Shown: positions 29,134 to 37,602, counted from the stretch's first letter. The stretch: DNA of 64,000 bases from a virus (IMGVR_UViG_2706796519_000001:6271-70270), one strand, 5' to 3'. A program made the numbers and translations. Notes: generated from the letters alone by a model not told the origin.

Positions 29134-29243
29134 TTGCGACGCGACCCTGCCGCTGCGGACGTCGGATGCTCGGCGCGCTGATATGGGGCGGTCTCCGATG
29201 GTTCTGCCCTAGCTGCGAACAAGTCATCGAGGTGATCGGATGA
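29130..29243 (+). CDS. 37-aa Cys-rich mini-protein (CxC...CxxC)
   Basis: Hand-translated MIATRPCRCGRRMLGALIWGGLRWFCPSCEQVIEVIG; ATGA overlaps at both ends; below the ORF-track cutoff. Confidence 0.6.
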   Translation: MIATRPCRCGRRMLGALIWGGLRWFCPSCEQVIEVIG

Positions 29244-29848
29244 GCCTGAAACTCTGCACCTCGGAGTACATGCTCAGCAACGTCAACGGCATCGGCGTCC
29301 GGCGCGGCTGGCTGCCGCGCGTCCTGAGCGAGCAGTTCCTTGAGTCCCAGAAGGACGGCGAGATCAAACTGTCGCCCGACCCGGTAACGATGATCGACGG
29401 CGACGTGAGCTGGCATAACGACGACAACGGCGACCAGATCGTGTTCGTGCTGGTGCACCGCGCTCCGCGCACGATCATCGCGCAGTCGCCCTCGACGGTC
29501 GTGATCCACGATGCGTGGACCAAGCGCGTCGGCACGGCTCCAAGCGCCGATTACCCGAGCGTCGCACAGGACACATTCGGCGGTCGGCTGCAGATCGACC
29601 GTGCCGAGGTCGCGCCGGACGACATCAAGTTCGGGCGGTATTTCCTCGACGGCGACGACTCGCAGGTGTGGGTGCCGATCGGCCTGGTCCCGCAGGGCCA
29701 AGGCTTCCACTTCCGCTACATCGCCTCGGTCCAGACGCCGGGAACGTGGGTCTCGCCGGGCACGAACAGCGACGTGACACCGCGCTGGGAGGCCTACGCA
29801 CGTTGGACGCGCCTGGTGGCGCTCGGATGGCCGGTGGGTTCGCTATGA
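29240..29848 (+). CDS. Minor tail protein
   Basis: 202 aa, ATGA-coupled, begins with a CxSE motif like its neighbours. Confidence 0.65.
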   Translation: MSLKLCTSEYMLSNVNGIGVRRGWLPRVLSEQFLESQKDGEIKLSPDPVTMIDGDVSWHNDDNGDQIVFVLVHRAPRTIIAQSPSTVVIHDAWTKRVGTAPSADYPSVAQDTFGGRLQIDRAEVAPDDIKFGRYFLDGDDSQVWVPIGLVPQGQGFHFRYIASVQTPGTWVSPGTNSDVTPRWEAYARWTRLVALGWPVGSL

Positions 29849-30465
29849 CGGCTCCGATCAACCCCGACCACTTTGAGATCCGGCCTGACGGCTCGATCGC
29901 TCCGCAGCCGTGGATGCAGTGGCGGCACGTCGCCTCGGTCGAGGCCGCGTCCAAGACGGGCAGCTACGCCGTCGTCGGCGGCATCAACAAGAACGACCTC
30001 CTCCACAAGCTGCAGCTGCCGTGGCAGAACAACAGCCCGATCCCCCAGCACTGCTACGGCCTGATCACGCGCGGCGGGTGCCGGGTCTCGCTGCAGGCTC
30101 GCTCGGTCGGGTACCTGCAGGTCACCTCGGGATTCAAGCTCAACGCGCCCGGCGACGCGGGTGACTTGGAGATCGCGAGCCGGTTCGGGTGCGGAGCCGA
30201 CATGGGGCGCGGCGGCACGCTCGCCGTCGGCACCGAGTTCGGGATTATCGAGGAGCGGATGAACAGCGTGACGTTCCCGCTCGCGCCGGAGCGGGCCGGA
30301 TGGCCGGTGATCGAGCCGGGTGACCTGATCACCGCGCGGGTCGAGGTGCGGTTCGTCTCGCAGCAGTGGGAAACGACCAGCATCGACGGCGGCACCTCGG
30401 GCAGCGATTCCAGCTACAACAGCGGCGCAACGCGGCTCGATCTGTTCGCGGTGCCGGTAATCTGA
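29845..30465 (+). CDS. Minor tail protein
   Basis: ATGA overlap at 29845-29848; 206 aa. Confidence 0.65.
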   Translation: MTAPINPDHFEIRPDGSIAPQPWMQWRHVASVEAASKTGSYAVVGGINKNDLLHKLQLPWQNNSPIPQHCYGLITRGGCRVSLQARSVGYLQVTSGFKLNAPGDAGDLEIASRFGCGADMGRGGTLAVGTEFGIIEERMNSVTFPLAPERAGWPVIEPGDLITARVEVRFVSQQWETTSIDGGTSGSDSSYNSGATRLDLFAVPVI

Positions 30466-30488
30466 GGCCATGCCTCGGAGACTGACCA

Positions 30489-30836
30489 ATGGGTTTTGAG
30501 CCGCCTGCCGGATACGTCGACTGCGAAGCCGACGCGGAGGCCTCGCCGCCCAACGCCGGACCCTTCCATGAGATTGACGTGCTCGACGTCGGCGTGATCC
30601 ACGCCCGGCGTCCGCTGCCCAACGCGATACCGGCGCTGAGCAGCGCAGCGAGTCCCAAGGTCTCCGAGATCAATCGTCTCGGTTACCTGAACCTGTTCGT
30701 TCAGAACCACCTGGCCGAGGGCGAGTACGAGGCGCTGCTGGCGCGGATGCTCGACCCTGACGAGGAGGTGCCGCCGGACGCCATGCTGCGGGTCTCCCGC
30801 GCTATCGCGACGGCGGGCACCGCCCGCCCTACCTAG
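30489..30836 (+). CDS. Tail assembly chaperone paralogue (G-like)
   Basis: Aligns by eye with the C-terminal half of 13345-13911 (R.P...A..A.S.A...V...LF...HL...Y...R..DPDEE). Confidence 0.6.
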   Translation: MGFEPPAGYVDCEADAEASPPNAGPFHEIDVLDVGVIHARRPLPNAIPALSSAASPKVSEINRLGYLNLFVQNHLAEGEYEALLARMLDPDEEVPPDAMLRVSRAIATAGTARPT

Positions 30837-30853
30837 CCGTCATCAACCTGGCG

Positions 30854-31177
30854 TTGATGGCGGCGCACAACTGGCGAGCGCTGCGGAGTCGCCTGCAGGA
30901 CAAAGGCATCGCCGACCCGATGGCGATGACGTCGATGCATCACGTGCTCGACGTGATCGAGCAGATGGGCCTCGAATCGGCGGTCCACGGGGCCACGAAA
31001 GAGATCGAGGCCAAGGCCAAGATCAGCGCGTTCTACAACAAGCTCTACGCGCCCGACCCGACCGCCCGCATCATCAACGGCGACGGCTGGCAGCCGCAAC
31101 CTGCCGGGTTCGAGGAGGCCGAAATCGAGGCCTCGTTCGACGCATTCATGTCCGCTGTCAACGCGACCGGCGGCTGA
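30854..31177 (+). CDS. Putative chaperone T-like ORF in the -1 frame of the upstream gene
   Basis: Frame is open from 30761 and overlaps the end of 30489-30836; no SD before 30854. Confidence 0.55.
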   Translation: MMAAHNWRALRSRLQDKGIADPMAMTSMHHVLDVIEQMGLESAVHGATKEIEAKAKISAFYNKLYAPDPTARIINGDGWQPQPAGFEEAEIEASFDAFMSAVNATGG

Positions 31178-31194
31178 GCCGTTATCCTGCCCGT

Positions 31195-31608
31195 ATGACC
31201 ATCGCCAACGTCATGATGGACACCGCGCAGCCGGTCGGCTCGAAACTTGACGATGAGATGATCGCCGAGATCGAGGAGATTGCCCCCGGCGTCCCGCCGG
31301 ACGGCACCATCACCGAGGCCAAGCTGCACGCTCAGGCGGTCTCCCGAGAGAAGATCAAGCCGGGCGCGGTCGACTCGACCATCATCGCCGAAGGCGGCAT
31401 CAAGGCTGTCAACTACGAGTCCAAGAGCGTCGGCGCGACGGCGCTCGCCGATCACGCGGTCGGCGCGCTGCAGGCCGGGACCGGGGTGCCGACGACGTAC
31501 GACTTCGCGGGCAACCCGATCGAGGACAGGCGCGTGTATTGCACCGCTGCCCAGTACGCCTCGCTGGCCGAGAAGGATCCCAACACCGAATACCTGGTCA
31601 CTGCCTGA
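31195..31608 (+). CDS. Tail-fibre adaptor-like minor tail protein
   Basis: C-terminal CTAAQYASLAEKDPNTEYLV motif; TATCCT -10 lies 6 nt upstream. Confidence 0.6.
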   Translation: MTIANVMMDTAQPVGSKLDDEMIAEIEEIAPGVPPDGTITEAKLHAQAVSREKIKPGAVDSTIIAEGGIKAVNYESKSVGATALADHAVGALQAGTGVPTTYDFAGNPIEDRRVYCTAAQYASLAEKDPNTEYLVTA

Positions 31609-31609
31609 C

Positions 31610-32731
31610 ATGCCCGGCTATCGCGCCTCCGCCCCGATCATCGCCCGATACCACGGGGCGACCCCGATCGAACGGGTGTATCGCGGCGAGACCCTGGTGT
31701 GGTCCCGCTCGGTCATCCACGACGGGTTCGACCTCGCGGGCATCTTGGAGCGGTGGATCAACGAACTCCGCTCCGGCGACCTCGGCGCGCTCTGCACCGA
31801 CATCACCGGCACCCTCACCGACGGCCTCGGCAACGTCATCGGCACGACCGTCGACTACGTGGAGGGCGGCGTCAACGGCCTCGGCAAGCTCGTCAACAAC
31901 GCGGGCACCTCGCTCGCCGACGCTTACTGCGGGGCGTGGGGCGGGTCGGTCGCACCGGACGGCCTGATTGGTCTCGTCAACGGCATCCCGATCTTCGGGC
32001 CGATCCTCGGCGACTGGCTGAGCGGCGAGTTCGACATCGAATCCATCATCGGCCAGATTCCGGTCGTCTCCGAGATCGGGCGGCTGATCGGCCTGTTCCC
32101 CGACGTCGAGGGCAATCTGCTCGACCCGCTCAACTACGTCGTCAACGCGGCGGGTGAGGTCATCGGCGTGCTCTCCTGCGGCGAGTTCAAGCCGACCGGC
32201 GGCGTGTTCGAGGGCGTGTGCTTCGTCATCGGCTCGATCGGTAACGCGGCGCGGATGTTGGTGCCGGACGGGCTGATGAGCCTCAACAAGCAGGTCTCCC
32301 GCGTCCGGCATGAGACCGTGCTGCCCGGCGACGACGGGTTCCTTGAGACGCAGATCGCGGAACTGGGAGACCCCGGCTATGTGACTCAGCTGTTCCGCCG
32401 GTACGCGAACGACGGCTCCGGCGCTCGCGGGGTCGGCCTCGACTTCCGCAACTCTCAGGCCTCGATCGTGCGCCGCGTTGCGTCGGCTGACGTGCTGGTC
32501 GCGCCGGACGTCGCAAGTTTCGGGCCGGGCGACACGTTCCGCCTCGACCAACTCGGCAACGTCCACAGCCTGACCAAGAACGGCGAGCCGGTCATCGCGT
32601 GGAACGACTCGACCGGGACGGCGGCGAGCGGCGCGACCAACCGCAGCGTGGCGATGATGATGCAATCGGCGAAGGAACTGAGCGGGTCTCGCCTGTTCAG
32701 CCCTTCGCTCAACTACGTCGACGCCGCTTAG
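31610..32731 (+). CDS. Minor tail protein (putative receptor-binding)
   Basis: ATG 31610; N-terminal IERVYRGETLVW motif; beta-rich C-terminal domain. Confidence 0.65.
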   Translation: MPGYRASAPIIARYHGATPIERVYRGETLVWSRSVIHDGFDLAGILERWINELRSGDLGALCTDITGTLTDGLGNVIGTTVDYVEGGVNGLGKLVNNAGTSLADAYCGAWGGSVAPDGLIGLVNGIPIFGPILGDWLSGEFDIESIIGQIPVVSEIGRLIGLFPDVEGNLLDPLNYVVNAAGEVIGVLSCGEFKPTGGVFEGVCFVIGSIGNAARMLVPDGLMSLNKQVSRVRHETVLPGDDGFLETQIAELGDPGYVTQLFRRYANDGSGARGVGLDFRNSQASIVRRVASADVLVAPDVASFGPGDTFRLDQLGNVHSLTKNGEPVIAWNDSTGTAASGATNRSVAMMMQSAKELSGSRLFSPSLNYVDAA

Positions 32732-32973
32732 GACGCACGCCGCTCGCGGGTCTCTCGCCAACGCTCGCGCGTGATCCGCTCGGCGGCGACACTCGGGGCG
32801 GGCGAGGGCGTAGAGGCCTCTAGGCGGGCACGCAGGACGGCAAGGCGCATCTGGTCCCGGTAGAGCGCGCAGCCGATCATCATCCCGCCGACAACGGCGA
32901 CGACCCACGACTGCGGTTCGTGCGAGGTAACCCCGGCGAGCAGTGTCAGCAGTCCAGCGAACAGCAGTCTCAC
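32728..32973 (-). CDS. Small 2-TM membrane protein
   Basis: GTG 32973 after a GAGGAGG SD. Confidence 0.65.
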   Translation of the reverse strand: MRLLFAGLLTLLAGVTSHEPQSWVVAVVGGMMIGCALYRDQMRLAVLRARLEASTPSPAPSVAAERITRERWRETRERRAS

Positions 32974-33074
32974 CGAGGCCTCCTCTGCGGGTGCTGGGGC
33001 GGCGTCGAGACGATGATCGTGCGATCGGGGTGCCGGATCAGTTCGAGGAGCACCGCCCACTGCCACGGCTTCAT
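32970..33074 (-). CDS. 34-aa mini-ORF resembling the start of a terminase ATPase domain
   Basis: Hand-translated MKPWQWAVLLELIRHPDRTIIVSTPPQHPQRRPR; 4-nt overlaps with both neighbours. Confidence 0.5.
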   Translation of the reverse strand: MKPWQWAVLLELIRHPDRTIIVSTPPQHPQRRPR

Positions 33075-33280
33075 CCCTGGTGCCTTGCGCCGTGCCAACC
33101 GCGACCGGGACGCTCCGCGTGCCAGGCGTCGATCGTCTCCGGCTTCCACCCCTTATGGGTACCGATCTCGACGTCGTGCGGCGGCAACTCGGAGAGCGAG
33201 ACGCTGCGGCGCGACTTCACGCCGATGCGCCTCGCGACCTCCGCGTGGCTCAAGTACCGGGGCACCTTGCGCGCGATCAT
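33071..33280 (-). CDS. Helix-turn-helix DNA-binding protein (AlpA/excisionase-like)
   Basis: YLSHAEVARRIGV...GWKPETIDAW...RPGRG. Confidence 0.8.
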   Translation of the reverse strand: MIARKVPRYLSHAEVARRIGVKSRRSVSLSELPPHDVEIGTHKGWKPETIDAWHAERPGRGWHGARHQG

Positions 33281-33667
33281 TCAGCTCGCCTCCTGTCCGA
33301 CTTCCCCGACAAGGGTAAGCAGAACGCGCACCGGAGGGGTAGAGGCAGCGCCGATGACGTGTGCGCGGTAGGCCACATTCCGCTCCCACTCCCAGCGAGG
33401 GTCGCGCTGCACCTCGATATTGACCTCACCGCCGTCCTTGAGGGCGTAGTCCAGAACCGAGTCGACGGCGTTGTCGAACTGGTCGACAAGCTCAGTCACC
33501 TTGTCCAGAAACCCCGCCGGGCACATGTTGTCGCCCTTCTCGATGCGCTGGTAGTCGCGCCGATCGAACGCGAGACGCGACGCCATGCCGCGCTGCGACA
33601 GGCCCATGTAGGCACGGTGCGCGGTGATTGTCTCGCCCAGTCCCATCGTGCGGGTCTCGGGATTCAT
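33281..33667 (-). CDS. XRE-family HTH DNA-binding protein
   Basis: ITAHRAYMGLSQRGMASRL...YQRIEKG. Confidence 0.85.
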   Translation of the reverse strand: MNPETRTMGLGETITAHRAYMGLSQRGMASRLAFDRRDYQRIEKGDNMCPAGFLDKVTELVDQFDNAVDSVLDYALKDGGEVNIEVQRDPRWEWERNVAYRAHVIGAASTPPVRVLLTLVGEVGQEAS

Positions 33668-33693
33668 CGTGTTCTCCTCTGTGTTGACGGGTC

Positions 33694-33726
33694 GACCCCG
33701 GCCTTGCCCTAGGGCGGGCCGGGGTC
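33694..33726. terminator. Intergenic hairpin
   Basis: gaccccggcc ... ggccggggtc, 10-bp inverted repeat. Confidence 0.5.
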
Positions 33727-33749
33727 TCTGTTCTCGCAGCTCCGGCGTG

Positions 33750-34517
33750 TCACCACCCGAGCTTTTTGCGGCAGTCCGGCCCGATGCCGTATGCCCGGCT
33801 CTCGTCGTTGGTCAGGGTCCGACCGCAGACACCGCACTCGCCGATCTCGTGGCCGTACCGGGCGGAGGCTTCGGCGGGTCCGACGGCTGCGATCTTCTGC
33901 AGAATCGCCTTGGAGGCCTTCTGGCTGAGGCGCTGCTCGTCGTCGGAGAGCATCAGCTTCACGAACACGTACCCGGCCCAACGTCCCTCGGTCGGGCGGT
34001 CGACCTTGTAGAAGGCGAGCGCGTTGGTCGCGCCGTCCTCGGTCTCGACTGCGTACCGACCGGCGGGCACCTCTGTGGTCGCGGCAGGCTCGTAGCGCTG
34101 CTCGTCAATCCGAACGTTCACCTCGCGAGGCAGCGACTTGAGCCAGTCGATCATCGTGGTCGCGCCCGCCTTGGTCAGCGGGGCGTAGGCGAACTCGTAG
34201 CCGGGCGCGGCGGTCCCGCCCTCGGCCATATGGTCAAGCAGCGCGTTGACGCGGGTGCCGTAGGCGGCGGTGCGTCCGACGACGCCGTTGATGATCCGGC
34301 TGATCTCCGCCGGGGTCTCGTCGGCCATCGGCGCGTAGGCCCAGGTGATGACCATGTTGAGAATGGCGCACCGGCTGACGTACTTGGCCTGCACCAGGCT
34401 CGAATCGTTCCACTTGCGACCGTTGAGAAGATCCTTGATGTAGTTCAGCTGGCCGTCGGTGGCGTTGATCCGCGTCGCGGGCCGGACGGTCGTGGTGGCG
34501 AAGGCGGGGGTTCCCAT
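33750..34517 (-). CDS. DUF6011-like Zn-ribbon protein
   Basis: C-terminal CGVCGRTLTNDESRAYGIGPDC. Confidence 0.75.
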   Translation of the reverse strand: MGTPAFATTTVRPATRINATDGQLNYIKDLLNGRKWNDSSLVQAKYVSRCAILNMVITWAYAPMADETPAEISRIINGVVGRTAAYGTRVNALLDHMAEGGTAAPGYEFAYAPLTKAGATTMIDWLKSLPREVNVRIDEQRYEPAATTEVPAGRYAVETEDGATNALAFYKVDRPTEGRWAGYVFVKLMLSDDEQRLSQKASKAILQKIAAVGPAEASARYGHEIGECGVCGRTLTNDESRAYGIGPDCRKKLGW

Positions 34518-34535
34518 GATCTTGACTCCATCTCC

Positions 34536-34591
34536 GGCGGGTCGGTCCCGCCTACACGCTCAAAGATACCCGACTAGGGCGGGAAAGTCTA
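34536..34591 (-). promoter_or_regulatory. Repeated promoter cassette, copy 1 (TAGACT-17-TATCTT plus leader hairpin)
   Basis: -35 at 34586-34591, -10 at 34563-34568, hairpin GGCGGGACCGACCCGCC at 34536-34552. Confidence 0.75.
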
Positions 34592-34646
34592 GGGGTCCGC
34601 ACGATCGCCCGATACGCTGTGGAGACAACCACCGGAGGAGACCTGA

Positions 34647-36209
34647 GTGACCGAGCGCGTGCTGCCGTTTGACCGCAAAATCATCCGCCAGGACACCGGC
34701 TACTGGTGCGGTCCGGCCTCGACTCAGATGGCCCTGTCCGCACGCGGCAAGTACGTCGATGAGGCGACGCTCGCTCGCGAGTGCAAGACGACCGTCAACG
34801 GAACCGACAACGTCGGCCAGATCGAGCGGGTGCTCGACGTCCGGCTGCCCGAGGGCAACTACACCTCGATGTACCCCGGCGGCACGAAGATCGGCAGCCC
34901 GGCCCGACCGGCGGCGGAGCGCAAGACACGGTTCTGGTGGGACATCGTGCGCTCGATCGACAACGGGTTCGCCGTCATCCTCAACTGGGTCGTGCCCCCG
35001 GCCCGAAAGCCGATCAAGGCCGTCAAAGGCAGCACCAACCCGTCGTACGGCGGTGGGACGACGTACCACTACGTGACCGCCGTCGGGTGGTCCGATGAGG
35101 GCAACGGCGGGCGACCGGCGGTGCTCATCGCCGACAGCGGGTTCGCGCCGAACGTCTATTGGGTCGACCTCGACACGGCGTTCGCCCTGATCCACACCGA
35201 TCTCTACAAGGGGTACGCGTTCGCGGACCTGCCGCTGATCGCTCCGCCTCCGCCCGGCGTCGAGGTGCCGCCCGGCATCCCCATCAAGGTCGGCACTCCG
35301 CCGGTCGCGACGACACCGCCTGCTCCGGTCCCGCCGACGCAGCCGCCCCCGACCAAGCTCGGCTCGCTCACCGACCCGTTCACGGGCGCGCTGTGGTCTC
35401 CGAACCACTACGACGGACGCGGAGGCCTCGGCACGCCGGGATGGATCGCCGTGCACACGCAGGAGGGCGGGCGCACTGCTCGCGATCTCGCGCTGTTCCT
35501 CGCGAACCCGGCCAACGAGGTCTCGTACCACTCGGTCAACGATGACGTCGAGGTGCTGAAATGCGTCGCGGAGACCGACGCGCCGTGGTCCGCGTCCAAC
35601 GCCAACAAGTACGCCTTCCATCACTGCTTCGCCGGTAGCTATGCCGGGTGGTCCCGCGACAAGTGGCTCTCACCGGACGCCAGCGACGGCAAGAACGAGG
35701 ACGTGCAGTTGACCAAGGGCGCGCACGTCGTCGCCTGGTGGTGCGACAAGTACGGCATCCCCGCCGAATGGATCGGCGGGCGGGCGCAGCCGCCGTGGGG
35801 TGCTCGCGGCATCCTCGGTCACGTCGACCTCGGCCAGTGGGGCGGCGGGCATTTCGACCCCGGCGGCAACTTCCCCGTCAACGAGTTCATCCGGCGCGTC
35901 GTGACGTTCCTGACCGGCGACGTCCAGCCTCCGTTGGAGCCGCTGCCGCCGGTCGTCGCGCCGGGCACGAACCCTGATGCCTACAGCGATTGGATGCTGG
36001 TGCGCGGCGACCCGCGCAACGACGTCGACCGGGTGATGAGGGTCCAGTCCAAGCTCAAGCGCGCGTACGCCGCCTACGCCGGGCACCTCGACGTCGATGG
36101 CGACTTCGGCCCGGCGACACAGGCAGCGGTGCGCGAGTTCCAGCGCCGATCGAACCTTGTGGCTGACGGCATCGTCGGCCCGATGACCGCTGCAGCACTA
36201 CGTCCGTGA
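34647..36209 (+). CDS. lysA: Lysin A (C39-like peptidase, Pro-rich linker, amidase_2, peptidoglycan-binding domain)
   Basis: YWCGPAS...HYVT...DS peptidase motifs; HTQE/SYH/GHxD amidase residues; DGDFGPATQAAVREFQ...DGIVGP. Confidence 0.92.
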   Translation: MTERVLPFDRKIIRQDTGYWCGPASTQMALSARGKYVDEATLARECKTTVNGTDNVGQIERVLDVRLPEGNYTSMYPGGTKIGSPARPAAERKTRFWWDIVRSIDNGFAVILNWVVPPARKPIKAVKGSTNPSYGGGTTYHYVTAVGWSDEGNGGRPAVLIADSGFAPNVYWVDLDTAFALIHTDLYKGYAFADLPLIAPPPPGVEVPPGIPIKVGTPPVATTPPAPVPPTQPPPTKLGSLTDPFTGALWSPNHYDGRGGLGTPGWIAVHTQEGGRTARDLALFLANPANEVSYHSVNDDVEVLKCVAETDAPWSASNANKYAFHHCFAGSYAGWSRDKWLSPDASDGKNEDVQLTKGAHVVAWWCDKYGIPAEWIGGRAQPPWGARGILGHVDLGQWGGGHFDPGGNFPVNEFIRRVVTFLTGDVQPPLEPLPPVVAPGTNPDAYSDWMLVRGDPRNDVDRVMRVQSKLKRAYAAYAGHLDVDGDFGPATQAAVREFQRRSNLVADGIVGPMTAAALRP

Positions 36210-36223
36210 GGAGACCGAGCGAC

Positions 36224-36343
36224 GTGACGACGTTGGGATGGCTGCTGGTGCTCATCCTCGGCGTCGCCGCCTCACTCGGCTGGGGCGGGCTGTGGTGGTC
36301 GCTCCGCTCCGACCCCTACCGCCCTTCTGACAGGAGACAGTGA
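36224..36343 (+). CDS. 39-aa single-TM protein between the lysins
   Basis: Hand-translated MTTLGWLLVLILGVAASLGWGGLWWSLRSDPYRPSDRRQ; GAGGAG SD; GTGA overlap with lysB. Confidence 0.6.
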   Translation: MTTLGWLLVLILGVAASLGWGGLWWSLRSDPYRPSDRRQ

Positions 36344-37602
36344 TGCCCGAACTCAAGCTCGGCTACCAGGGACCGCTGTATGCGCCGTGGTTCGATTGGT
36401 TCACCCGCAAGTACAGCCAGACCGCGCCCCTGCTCGGGAAGCGGGACGGCTATTTCGGATCCGACGAGAAGCGCGCCGTCGAGGCTCTGCAGCGCAACCT
36501 CGGCATCGTGATCGACGGCGTGTTCGGCGACCGCACCGCCTCGGCAGCCGGATACACCTGGCCCGGCGCGGACGCTCCGCCGGTCATCGCGCCTCGCCGA
36601 CCGATCTGGTTCTACTCATGCCCCGGCTCCGGCGCGGACTGGTGGCTGGGTCCCAGCTACGACGTCGGCCAGATGATCGCCGGGACGGGATGGAATGAGC
36701 CGGGGCGGCGGAGCCTCAACATCAACCACCAGCCGGTCGGCTTCCCCAAGGGCGGCTACCTCGGGCTGATGGGCGGTGACCCGACGTTCAGCTATATCGA
36801 GGTCATCACAGCCCAGAAGATCGAGTTCGCCCGGCTGTTGCGGGAGAACCCCGACGTGAAGGTGGCTATGGAGGCGCGGCGTCGGGACCGCTCCGCTCGG
36901 GTCGACGTCGAGCTGTGGCCGTCCGGCTACAGCCAGTCAGCCGACGGCATGTGCGACGCGGTGGCGGAGTTGTTCGGCGACGGCGGCGAGTTCGAGCTGA
37001 TCCGCGACCGCATCAACGGCCTGATCCTGTTCGGCAACCCGGCGACTCCGGTCACCGGCATCGCCCGCAAGACGTACCCGGCGTGGTTGAACGCGCTGAT
37101 GCGGAACATCAACATGTCCGACGACTTCTATGCCGTCGCCAAAGATCGCATCCGGCCCGCCTTCTACGCCGAGATCATCAAGGCGGAGATGGAACTGCCG
37201 TTCTTTGTCCACGTGCTGCGCATCGCGGTCCCGATCGTGTTGTCGTGGGCCTCAACGCTGCTGCCGTTCCTGGCTCCGCTCTTGGGCGGTCTCGGGCCGG
37301 GCGTGCAACTCGGTCTCGGAATGATCAGCGGCCTGCAGGGTCTCGGCTCCAACCCGGCTCTCACACAACTGCTCGGCATGGCGAACGGCTCCGCCGACCT
37401 GCAGACGACCGAGCGCGTCGAGGACATCCTGTCTCCGACCGGCATCCTCTCCAACATCCCCGATCTCATCGGGCTGCTCGGGGCGCTGCCCGGCCTGCAG
37501 AGTCACGGCCTGTACCACGCGACCGCTCCGGCCCGGCCCGAGTTCGGCAACCGGGTCGGCACCCAGTTCGCTTACGACATCATCGCCGGGTTCCGCCGGT
37601 AG
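36340..37602 (+). CDS. lysB: Lysin B (mycolylarabinogalactan esterase, cutinase-like) with an N-terminal PG-binding domain
   Basis: GYSQ nucleophile motif, LFGNP, C-terminal His; follows lysA. Confidence 0.9.
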   Translation: MMPELKLGYQGPLYAPWFDWFTRKYSQTAPLLGKRDGYFGSDEKRAVEALQRNLGIVIDGVFGDRTASAAGYTWPGADAPPVIAPRRPIWFYSCPGSGADWWLGPSYDVGQMIAGTGWNEPGRRSLNINHQPVGFPKGGYLGLMGGDPTFSYIEVITAQKIEFARLLRENPDVKVAMEARRRDRSARVDVELWPSGYSQSADGMCDAVAELFGDGGEFELIRDRINGLILFGNPATPVTGIARKTYPAWLNALMRNINMSDDFYAVAKDRIRPAFYAEIIKAEMELPFFVHVLRIAVPIVLSWASTLLPFLAPLLGGLGPGVQLGLGMISGLQGLGSNPALTQLLGMANGSADLQTTERVEDILSPTGILSNIPDLIGLLGALPGLQSHGLYHATAPARPEFGNRVGTQFAYDIIAGFRR

